From a virus, in IMG/VR virus record IMGVR_UViG_3300050196_000100, positions 8,392-72,391 of that record: a DNA stretch of 64,000 nt; one strand, given 5' to 3'. Position 1 is the stretch's first letter. Each line of letters starts with the position of its first letter. The translations under genes and the position numbers were made by a program. Below the pieces are notes generated by a model that saw nothing but the letters and a program-made list of their open reading frames with translations, searched no databases and had not been told where the DNA came from. Positions 40,567 to 50,500 of this stretch are shown here, in pieces.

Positions 40567-41510
40567 ATGAGTAACGGAGGTAAACCTATGAAGCAATGTT
40601 CAAACTGTGGATGGTCAAATGATCTATCGTATTACGAAGGTAAGCTAGGCTTATGCGGTAGTTGCATAAGTAAGTCAGAGGGAGACACCAAGTTTCCCCT
40701 CTGGAGACCCCAGTATAACAAGGTAGGTACAATGCCACCCACAGACCAGCAAGTGTCAATGGCATACTTCGCATTCCTAGACATCCTAGTAGCCAATGGA
40801 GTGGACATAGATGACTCGATGGAGTCCATATACTTCGCAGGGTTTCACACAGGATACATTAAGGGACAGGAGGTTGGATGATGAAGATAACTAAGGAAGG
40901 TCTAATATCATACCTAAGAGGCACTGCGACGGTCATTGACAGCAAAGTTAGTGTTTTGATGGACAATGAGGTAACCACAGCATCCCAAACTAAACTATTG
41001 AAGCTATGCATACAAGGAGACCTAATGGAGACATTGATTACTAAGATTAACAATAGATTCGAGGAGGTAGACAATGTTTAAAGACATGGAAGAAGCAAGG
41101 GAATTACTCCACACAGCCGTAGGTATAAACGACGGGTATACTAAGATGTTGCTACGGAAGGACTCCTTGATCTTAGAATTAGAGGCGACCATTGAAGCAC
41201 TAAAGAGACGCGTGGAGGAACTTGAGAATGCCTATGAGATTCCACGAACTGCGGAGGTGTCACAATGAAATACCAAAATATGGACAGAGACTTAGCTATT
41301 GCCGATATTGACAAACGATTGGATGCGCTGGAAAACCCAGTGGACTACTATGCTGAATACCGAGACTTAGAAGATAGACATAGAATCCTCCGCAACACAA
41401 TAAAGGAAGCATTAGTAGCACTGGAGCCTTGGTATTCCCATGGTCAAGCAGGGAGTCCTATGGATGCAGTAAATGCGTTGAAGAACATTGCAAAGGCGGT
41501 GAATTCATAG
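40567..41510 (+). CDS. Cluster of small hypothetical ORFs
   Basis: 40567-40881, 40878-41081, 41074-41268, 41265-41510, translationally coupled. Confidence 0.5.
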
Positions 41511-42113
41511 ATGACAGCACCCACATTGCTGACTAAACTATCCATTGACTGGATTGATGTGAAGAACAAGTGTCGCATCACTGTAAACAAAGAGGATTCA
41601 CTGAATCCTGTGACTCCTGAGTTCAAGCAAAGATTACTTCTTAGTGAACACAGCCCCATTAGACTCCTAAGAGTATCATGGAAATGGTCATTGAAGTCAT
41701 GGATTGCAGTGCATTTCTCTCGTCATCACATTGGATGGGAAAAGTGGGTATCAACGCAACGCAATGACCGCACAGGGATAGACCGCGATACTTCCACGCA
41801 GGATACAATGGTCAATATGTCCATCGAAGCTAATGCACAGGCACTCATTAATGTATCAAAGGTCAGGCTATGTTACAACGCTCACACAGAAGCAAGGGAA
41901 CACATGGAAGACCTAAAGAGAGCGTTGTATGGCACGGAACCAGAGCTTGCAGAGGTTATGCAGCCTAACTGTGTCTACCGCTGTGGGTGTCCTGAGTTTG
42001 CCCCATGTGGGTACTGGAGAGTATTCACTGCCAAACATAGTAACATCGACTTTACAGATATTACAGAGAGGTACAAGGCAGCTAATGAAGATTTCTTTGG
42101 AGGTAAACGATGA
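41511..42113 (+). CDS. thyX: FAD-dependent thymidylate synthase
   Basis: EHSPIR, HFSRH, STQR, NAQALIN...RLC, CVYRCGCPE. Confidence 0.8.
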   Translation: MTAPTLLTKLSIDWIDVKNKCRITVNKEDSLNPVTPEFKQRLLLSEHSPIRLLRVSWKWSLKSWIAVHFSRHHIGWEKWVSTQRNDRTGIDRDTSTQDTMVNMSIEANAQALINVSKVRLCYNAHTEAREHMEDLKRALYGTEPELAEVMQPNCVYRCGCPEFAPCGYWRVFTAKHSNIDFTDITERYKAANEDFFGGKR

Positions 42114-42204
42114 ATAAAACCATAACAATCACTGGTATCCCTGCGGCAATCATTGTATTCTCCGCAGTCTATGGTGTACTAAGTTTTGCAAAGTGGGTGA
42201 TACA

Positions 42205-42795
42205 ATGACAGCATCTAAGTTCAGCCTAGGTGACACCATCCGCATAGCCACCAATGATAACTGCGGATTCCCCAAAGGTCACATTGGCACCATCACTGAA
42301 GTTTGCCCCACGCAGTACGAGGTTGACCATGGGTATTACTATGATGACCATGAACTCGAAGGTGTCCAACAACGCATTAGAGGATTCCTACGAGTCCAAG
42401 AGGACTCAGGAGTACCATTGCCAGTAAGGGCGACCCGTGGTAGTGCAGGATATGATATGGCAGTCACAGAGGATGTGGTACTGTCACCAGGTTCATCCAT
42501 GGTTTACCCCACTGGCATTAATAGCTATATGGCAGACGATGAATACCTAGCAATCCATGTACGTTCTTCCATAGGTATCAAGCAGTGTGTAGTGCTGTCT
42601 AATGGTACTTCTATAATTGACAGTGATTTTTTTCCTAGGGAAATTATGATAGCACTAAGAAATCAAGGGACTAAACAATGCTTTATTGAAAAAGGCAGTA
42701 GGATTGCCCAAGGAATATTTAGCAAATATCTACTATGTGATAACGACAATGTAAATACTTTAAGAAGTGGAGGTATCGGGAGTAGTGGCAAATAA
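42205..42795 (+). CDS. dut: Trimeric dUTPase with N-terminal small beta-domain extension
   Basis: RAT.GSAGYD, VRSS, IIDSDF, RIAQGIF, RSGGIGSSG motifs I-V. Confidence 0.9.
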   Translation: MTASKFSLGDTIRIATNDNCGFPKGHIGTITEVCPTQYEVDHGYYYDDHELEGVQQRIRGFLRVQEDSGVPLPVRATRGSAGYDMAVTEDVVLSPGSSMVYPTGINSYMADDEYLAIHVRSSIGIKQCVVLSNGTSIIDSDFFPREIMIALRNQGTKQCFIEKGSRIAQGIFSKYLLCDNDNVNTLRSGGIGSSGK

Positions 42796-43510
42796 TAAAA
42801 AAATAGTACGATGCTTAGTATGTGAAAAAGAGGAGTATGTTTGCCCAAGCAGATTAGCGTCATATAAAACATGTTCCAAAGAATGTTCCTCAACATACAG
42901 GATATTACAAAATCAACAAAATAGGCAACTTATAAAATGTGCAATATGCGATAAGATCCTTAAAATAGGCAATCAAAGGATATCTGATAGTAAAACAAAA
43001 GAATTCTGCTGTAGCTATGAATGCTCATCAATTCACCGCAAAACAACTATGGCTGGAACTAACAACCATCAATACGGATTAAAAGGATCAAACAACTCAT
43101 CATTCAAAGGTGATACTAGAATAAATATACATGGATATGAATTAACCTATTCTCCAAACCATCCGTTTAGAGATTGTGATGACAAAGTTAGAACACATCG
43201 ATTAGTCGCCGAGGAGTATTTGCTAACTAATGATAATTCCGTAGAAGTCAATAGAGTTAAATATCTAAATCCCAAACTTGAAGTTCATCATATTGACGAA
43301 GACAAGCTTAATAATAACTATAATAATCTTATAATACTAACTAAGTCAGAACATATGAGGTTACATGGCAAACAAAGGAATTTACAGAGAGGCGAAGATG
43401 GTCGTTATATTGCCCAAGGAATCTTCCAGAAGTACCTAGTTGCCGATGGAGACAATGTAACCACAGTTAGACGGGGTGGCATCGGTAGCACTAACTATGT
43501 CCAACGGTGA
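42785..43510 (+). CDS. HNH homing endonuclease carrying a dUTPase C-terminal peptide
   Basis: Zn-finger Cys pairs, HRLVAE, EVHHIDEDKLNN..NNL..LTKSEHMRLH; ends IAQGIFQKYLVADGDNVTTVRRGGIGST. Confidence 0.85.
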   Translation: MANNKKIVRCLVCEKEEYVCPSRLASYKTCSKECSSTYRILQNQQNRQLIKCAICDKILKIGNQRISDSKTKEFCCSYECSSIHRKTTMAGTNNHQYGLKGSNNSSFKGDTRINIHGYELTYSPNHPFRDCDDKVRTHRLVAEEYLLTNDNSVEVNRVKYLNPKLEVHHIDEDKLNNNYNNLIILTKSEHMRLHGKQRNLQRGEDGRYIAQGIFQKYLVADGDNVTTVRRGGIGSTNYVQR

Positions 43511-43871
43511 CACAGCTTGTGTCCATAAGGAGGAATTCAATGCTAGAACTTAGTACCTACAGCTACTACATATTTCGCAATGCTGACCAATGGTTACGCA
43601 TAGGATTCCACCAAGGCGAAACCTCAACTCACCTAGCATACATAGAGGAACGTGGTGTCGAAGCACTGTTCCTTGGTACTCTTAGACTCCCATTAAAGAT
43701 TGACATTGACACTTTGACAGGCATTGGCTCAAAGAAGTACCTAGACACCACTGTAGTCACCTGTAAAGGCATCGGAATCATGATGACCAAGGCTGACAAG
43801 GGAAAACCCTTCCTAGTACTTCAGCAGGAATACTTTATGAATTCCAAGAGAAGTCAGGAGGAATACATAGA

Positions 43872-44510
43872 ATGCAAAGGTTTATAAGCAAAATCGAGGA
43901 TGAACTATGCACCCTACAGTCCATTATGGATGGTGACCCAACAATGAATGCCTGTGACATCTTGGAAGCAAGGGAGGATACAAGGAAGATTCTGAGACTT
44001 CTCAATGAAGTCTTAGTTTCCTCTAGATTAGATAGGAATGACCGAAGGATATTCTATATGTACGTCCTTGGGTACTCTGAGAATGCCATAGCAAGGAAGG
44101 TTGGCATGGGTCAACCTGGGATACACAAAAGGATTACCAAGTTACATTCTAAGATTATGCCATGTGGGAACATAAGAACCCTTAGTGACCTTTGGGAGAT
44201 TCTGCAACACCCGCAGTCAACTAAGGAAGCCAGTGTACCCGAAGTTAAGCTCAATCTATTCTTTGACTCTGCGGTTAAATCATGGGACAAAAGCGGGTGG
44301 AATCATAGTCGATCTAGGGGAGAGAACAAAAGAAAACCAAAAGAGTACCTAAGTACCAAGCCAAAAGGAGATTACATATGGGAATCAAAGGCAGTCTGCA
44401 AGGTGCCAGAGTACTTCCATGAGTCCTTTGGAGACGATAGTACCCGATGTGGGTACTGTGGCATTCAGTGTTCCAGACGAAAGGTGAATTCCTATGACAA
44501 ACCAAAGTGA
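43872..44510 (+). CDS. Sigma70 region-4-like HTH protein (phage sigma factor or activator)
   Basis: LDRNDRRIFYMYVLGYSENAIARKVGMGQPGIHKRI. Confidence 0.55.
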   Translation: MQRFISKIEDELCTLQSIMDGDPTMNACDILEAREDTRKILRLLNEVLVSSRLDRNDRRIFYMYVLGYSENAIARKVGMGQPGIHKRITKLHSKIMPCGNIRTLSDLWEILQHPQSTKEASVPEVKLNLFFDSAVKSWDKSGWNHSRSRGENKRKPKEYLSTKPKGDYIWESKAVCKVPEYFHESFGDDSTRCGYCGIQCSRRKVNSYDKPK

Positions 44511-44633
44511 AATCATAAATCAACTTAGAAATGAACTTCGAATTCAAAATGAATTTCTAAGATCAACTCAGAATGAACTTAGGTGGTACAAGGCACTCTA
44601 TGAATCAAGGGGATATGCATTGATGGGAATACT

Positions 44634-44666
44634 AAAGGACACTAAGCATTTAACTTAGTGTCCTTT
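44634..44666. terminator. Bidirectional terminator at the convergence of the two arms
   Basis: AAAGGACACTAAG-CATTTAA-CTTAGTGTCCTTT. Confidence 0.8.
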
Positions 44667-44669
44667 GTT

Positions 44670-45164
44670 CTACTTAAATGTAGCCAACAGGCTATCTATG
44701 TCTTCCACAGTGTTCAGGGGATTCTTAGAGCCATGCCATACACTCGAAGTATACCACCCAATATCCTCTGGCTTCATCTTATGATATTTTTCTAAGTATG
44801 CTCGGACACCCTCGTACATGTTGGGCACCTTGGATAGTCCCTTGACCGACTTTTTATCAACCGTGGTTGACCCGAAGTATACATAGCCGCCACTGGCAAC
44901 TATAGCATCATGCTTGTTCCTAAGATGTCCTGCAATGTACTTGAAGTCCTCCATGCTGACTTTTACTACCTTAGTTCCAACCGTGACGGTGTACATTGGT
45001 ACCTTGGTTTTGCCCTGCACTTCCTCAACCTTGCTAATGGATGCCGTTGTCATATTACAGATGTCCTCTGTGGTCATGCCTGCCTTGGCTAGAACCATGA
45101 TGCCCTCGTATTTGTCCGTAGTATTCGCTGACATTAGTTTGGTAAGTACCTGTGTATCTCTCAT
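44670..45164 (-). CDS. Hypothetical protein with its own promoter
   Basis: RBS AGGAGG; promoter TTGTCA-17-TATACT at 45221-45193. Confidence 0.6.
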   Translation of the reverse strand: MRDTQVLTKLMSANTTDKYEGIMVLAKAGMTTEDICNMTTASISKVEEVQGKTKVPMYTVTVGTKVVKVSMEDFKYIAGHLRNKHDAIVASGGYVYFGSTTVDKKSVKGLSKVPNMYEGVRAYLEKYHKMKPEDIGWYTSSVWHGSKNPLNTVEDIDSLLATFK

Positions 45165-45700
45165 TGTATTCCTCCTATACTTTGTTTGTTAGAGTATATC
45201 ATAGTTGGTGGTAGTTGACAAGGTGGCTGGGAATTTCTTAGTTCCTGCCATGGGCTGTGCCGAGTGTCTCAATACGAGGTATTTCGCCATGAGTACTTTG
45301 ATTATGCCCAAAGTTGGTCGAGGTTATACCTTTGTGGTGCACAAATTGTCCAGGGATTTTCAAAGTGCCTGCCATGGGATTTCCTCTGGGAATTGCGAAG
45401 GGTTTGCCATGGTATTCTGTGAATGACTATGAGTAACATTGGCTGTACAGGTAAACCACAGAATACCTTGTAGCCTACTAGCAATCCCACCACGCATACT
45501 TAGCAAGAAACATAGGTTACCCTATAGTCAGCACGGATAAAGCCACTGACAAGCCTGTGAGACACTTAGAATTCGATGATATGCCACCAGACGCTCTAGG
45601 AAGCCCGTGGTGCGTTTCTACGAATTGACGTAGGTTACCTATAAGGGTATCGAGGTAAAAGCCAGTGGTGGGACTGTGAGGGCGTGGTAATTCATTGAGC

Positions 45701-45889
45701 CTATAGATTATTCTTGAGTACGCGGTAAACTAGGTAAACAACCGTGAATATTATGATGCCGATGAATAATGAAGGGTAACTCAGCAAAACAAAGCCTAAA
45801 GCGATGGCTGTCAGGGCTACAGAGAAGAATCCTTTGCTCGGTTCAATGATTGCTATGAATGCCATGAGGATTGCGAAGACTATAACCAT
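45701..45889 (-). CDS. Small membrane protein
   Basis: 62 aa, almost entirely hydrophobic; RBS AAGGAGG. Confidence 0.55.
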   Translation of the reverse strand: MVIVFAILMAFIAIIEPSKGFFSVALTAIALGFVLLSYPSLFIGIIIFTVVYLVYRVLKNNL

Positions 45890-45920
45890 AGTTCCTCCTT
45901 GAATGCAAAATAGGGAACCG

Positions 45921-46151
45921 CTATGGGTTCCCTTTGTTATCGTCTGTTATCCCTAGTAAATAGTCCACAGATACATCAAAGTATTTTGCAATGGCTACTA
46001 GGGTTTCTATGGAAGGCAAATGTACACCTCTAGAAAATTGGCTAATTGATACTCTATTGACCCCCACGGCATTTGCCAAGGATTGCTTTGATATATTATG
46101 CTTATTTATTAATAAATTAAGTCTCTCAATAAATACATCTTTGTTGAACAT
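45921..46151 (-). CDS. XRE-family HTH protein
   Basis: ISKQSLANAVGVNRVSISQF..G...PS.ETLVAIA.YFDVSVDYLLG. Confidence 0.85.
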   Translation of the reverse strand: MFNKDVFIERLNLLINKHNISKQSLANAVGVNRVSISQFSRGVHLPSIETLVAIAKYFDVSVDYLLGITDDNKGNP

Positions 46152-46449
46152 AATATTCTCCTTGACAGTAAGATTATCTTTCGCTTATAATGTGAACAAC
46201 GAAAGAAATACTTTCGAATTAAATAAAGGAAGTGCTTAGATATGACAGAGGTAATATTCCAAGGGTCGATCAAAGAAGTAGCAAGGAGAACTATGCAAGA
46301 CAAGGCAGCCAATGAATTACTAAGATTCATTAAATCCACAGATACCTTTGCAGTCAATGGTTCAATGATGCAATTCACAGATAGTTACATTGTAGTCCAT
46401 AGACTTGTCAATGGTTATAATTCCCTGTACATCTTAGGAAATGAGGTGA

Positions 46450-47220
46450 GTGTCAATGACTAACATTGTAAAGCAAGTTGAATTCATGGGAGATATTTTA
46501 TTAGGTCTAAAGAACCCTGAGAATAACAAAGTGTATGTCGGAGTTGCGTGGGTATGCCAAGGTCTTGGATTCACTAAGAATCAAGCAGATACACAAACAA
46601 AGAAGATTCAAGCTGATCCAGTGCTTTCAAAGGGAGCGTCGAAAATCCCGCTCAATACTAATGGTATAGTTAACAATATCTTATTCTTAGAAATTACATA
46701 TTTACCCTTATGGCTTGCTAAGATCAATGCCAACATAGTAAAACCTGAGATACAAAGCAAGCTCATAGAATATCAACTGAGAGCAAAAGATATCTTGGCA
46801 GAAGCATTTGTTCCACAGTTCACTTCCCAGTTTAACACAATCCCTCAGACATATCAAGAAGCACTTAGAGCCCTCGCTGATTCCCATGACACCATCGCAA
46901 CTCAAAGACCTAAAGTTCATGCCTTCGACAATTTCATTGCTGCCAAGGGTAACCAAACGATCTCACAGGCAGCCAAGGCACTCGGTACTGGCAGGGACAG
47001 ACTCTTCGCGTGGCTCAGGTGTCATGGCATTCTCATGTCAAACAATGAACCCTATCAGGTCTACGTTGACAAAGGGTACTTTGATGTAGTAGAAGGAGTT
47101 AACCGTGGATGGGTCAGAGGGAGGACATTGATCACTCCGAAGGGTATATCATGGGTTGACGCGATGATCAATCCTTTGGAAACAATGGAAGACTTTGACC
47201 GTATCATAGCTAGTTTCTAG
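46450..47220 (+). CDS. P22_AR_N/KilA-C antirepressor
   Basis: YVGVAWVCQGLG, LPLWLAKIN...V...KLIEYQ, IPQTYQEALRALAD, PKVHAFD. Confidence 0.85.
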   Translation: MSMTNIVKQVEFMGDILLGLKNPENNKVYVGVAWVCQGLGFTKNQADTQTKKIQADPVLSKGASKIPLNTNGIVNNILFLEITYLPLWLAKINANIVKPEIQSKLIEYQLRAKDILAEAFVPQFTSQFNTIPQTYQEALRALADSHDTIATQRPKVHAFDNFIAAKGNQTISQAAKALGTGRDRLFAWLRCHGILMSNNEPYQVYVDKGYFDVVEGVNRGWVRGRTLITPKGISWVDAMINPLETMEDFDRIIASF

Positions 47221-47230
47221 GAATACTTTG

Positions 47231-47262
47231 GGACTTGGGTTTATACCTGAGTCCCTTTCTTT
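47231..47262 (+). terminator. Terminator after the antirepressor
   Basis: GGGACTTGGG-TTTATA-CCTGAGTCCC followed by TTTCTT. Confidence 0.65.
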
Positions 47263-47505
47263 ATGCCTAGAAGTATCTACCCAGGATGAATCCCACGATG
47301 ACTCCTGAGCATGTCAATATGGTATATCTTAGGTGTTCTAAGTCCTTGTTGCTCATTGTTCATTGTTATTACCTCCAATTCTTTGTCCGACATAGGGTAC
47401 AATGCATACCTTAGATTATACCCTATAACCACCAAAGAATACAAGGCCTTCACTCGCCTCCAAAGAAAATAAACAATGCAAAACCACAGATGATAAGATG
47501 CAACA

Positions 47506-50500
47506 TCATACCCACACCTCCCTAGCGCGTCGTAGGACGTACTTTAGATCAAACACAGGGTAAGTACTGTGTTTACTACAGAGTTCCCTCACCAGTCCCT
47601 CAGCGTCCTTAGTCGGCAACGGCATTCCATGAGTCACTAAATAATTCCATAATAACATTGCAAATTCTCTGATAATCAACTGTTTCATACTTTGCCTCCT
47701 CTAATATTCTAAGACTATGCAGGGTCTCAAACGTGGGTAACCTGTGCTGAATCCTGTGTTTCAATTCCATGTTCATTCGTTGCGTTAGTTGGGCATTCGA
47801 TAGTTTCACTTTGTTTATCCTCCAATTTTCTAAGGTACTTTTCCATTGTTGGGCAAGGGATACCGACGGACTTAGCGTTGGCTATACATCGTTTCAAATC
47901 GTTGATACTCATAGGATCGTCCTCCTTAATTCTAAGATTCCTTTGTCAACTAAGACCTTCTTTGCTGTTCTGCCGAAGCCAGCGGGTTGTCCTTCGATAC
48001 GAGGTGGGAGTCCTTGCTCCTCTGCGCGGGCTACGGCATACTTTGACCATACCCAGATATAGCCTTGAGGTGCAATGGTGGTCATACGGACACCTCCTCC
48101 AGTTTGTCAATGACTGCTAGAAGTTGACCTACGACTTCCGTAGATAGGATATTGTTATCGATGATGCTCATTATTTACTTCGCCTCCTTAGTTTTGACAT
48201 TAGAATTACAATGTGTTCTTTAAGTTTCATTGGCTGACCTCCAATGCTACAATGTATTTCGCTGGTATCTTCATTCTACCAAGGGAATCCGCTTCCCATC
48301 CGCAGAACGCATAGAATTTGCCTTGCTTTTCGTAGATTGTACCTCTGGAAATTCCGTGATACCCTTTAAGTGTTTTATGTGCATCAGTGATAATCGTTGG
48401 TTTGTATCCATTACTTACAAAGACATCCTGCGCTAATCCTTCGCACTTTACTGGGATAGTGACAATGTTTTCTTCAAAGTATTTTACTGCTTCATCTAAG
48501 GAACATCCATTGATTGAAATGTTTCTCAGTAAACCCTGGAATCCTCCGCTACCATAAAATGCTTCTTTTGCTAATTCTTTGTTTATCATTGTATTCACTG
48601 CCTTCCTTCTAATTTCTCGATGATAAGGAATAACTAGTTATGACTATTTATACCAACGTATTTTCATAGACTACACGTTGGTATACTCCAGGCTTCAGAG
48701 GTTACCGTGGACAAGGGTTGTGTCAAGGCTGGACGTAGTTAGTCCTTTAATTCTTCGCAGGACACTGCACGAGCCATATTATCGCCATCAATTCCGAAGT
48801 TGAACCATTTGCCTACATAGTATTTCCTAGCACCTTCCAAGGTAGCATTAATAGGTGTGGTTATGGTGTTGCCATCGGCGAACGTGACTTTCACTGTGAT
48901 CATTCTGCGACCTCCTTAGTAGCTTCTTTGAGGTATCCTATAGTGTGGTCAATGTTTTGTTTCAGGACTTCGTAGTCCTTTCTGCGTAGCTTCTTTAGTT
49001 CTACCAGTGTCAATAGTTGAGCCTCTAAGTATTCTAAATTATCCATGGCAATTACAATGCGCGTAGTATCCATGTTATTTCCCTGCCTTTCTTAGTATAA
49101 ATTCCATGTTATTCATAAGATTGTACATAGCATTCTTTTGCATAATTCTGCGAAGGTCATTGTATACGTTGATGACTGTGGATTCGTCTATGATTGGTTC
49201 ATTGGATTGCAGGGTAGTAATAAGGTCTTCATAGGTTATGCCTTGGAAAATATCATCATGGATGGAAGGTTTGTCTTTGGTGTTCATAGTTATTTCACCG
49301 ACCTTTCATAGTTCACTGGGATAACTACGACTCTAGGTTTATCCTTGAGTCTCTGTTCACTGGCATGGCATTTTATAGTAATACTTTGATCATCCATAGA
49401 CGTTACACCGATGACAGAGTATTTATCTTTGCAGTGTTCACGGTAGGATAAGTCAATTACTTTGTATGCTGAGATTCGTGCCAATGTTCTAGCAGGGTTT
49501 ACAACATGGTTATTCATAAGGTTATAGCCTTGACTGTCTGCGTGTACTCTGTAGCCTTCGAAGTCGTGTAGGACTTCCATGGAGTCGAAGGAACAATTTA
49601 GAGCTTTGTTTACCCATGCTACGATGTTTTCTTTTGTATAGTCGATGGATTTCATAGAGGTTTTATCATATCCTAGTCTTGATTTATTGCAATCATCGTT
49701 TTTACCATTAATGTCTGTAATTTCAAAGCAGAAGTCAATGAATAATACGATATCAAGGACTTCACCTGAGAATTTGCCATAGGATTTATATTGAGGTTTG
49801 CCATTTCCTTGTAATTCTAAGTAAATCATTTTGCCTTCATTGTTTACAAAGGCTGTCCGTATGCGACAATTGCTTACATTGGTTGCCTTGGAAGAGTCTG
49901 CGTCAGACCATCCTGCGCCTTCGAAGTATAATATGTTGTTATTCATAATTAACACCTGTCCTTCCCTATATATTCTACGGTACCCACTATGTTTCCGTTG
50001 ATGTCTCTGATTATACCGAATGCATGGCACTCCTCGATATCATCTGCCATTTGTCGAAGTATCCTTGCAATTTCATAGTCCCTTTGGTCACCATCGAATG
50101 CGCTGTTACCTGTGTCAATCTTAATTTTAATCATAGTCCTTCTCCTTATGCCTGGGATTCTAACGACCTCCACAACACTACCCTTGCTACACTTTGTGTC
50201 ACATTTGCCCATAGTTAACCCTTGACTACCATCCACACCTGCCAGCCTTTGAAGTCCTTTGCTTTGCCGTGGAATACTGCGTATTTAATCATAGTTTAAC
50301 CTCCATACGACCACCTTTATATACCATAACCTTACCATAGGATTTGCAGCCTATTAAGATATAAACCTCGGGACATTTAGTTTCATTAGTGACATATACG
50401 CGCCCATGCTCTAATTGTCGTAACAAGTGTTTGCCATGTTTCATAGCTTCTAACTTTGTGTTATGCTCATGTATTTCTAAGTTTAATGCAATGTTTGACT

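Noticed and set aside
45240-45415. Four GCCATG(G/A) short repeats in a non-coding tract
   Set aside because: Short and irregularly spaced; cannot be distinguished from chance without statistics.
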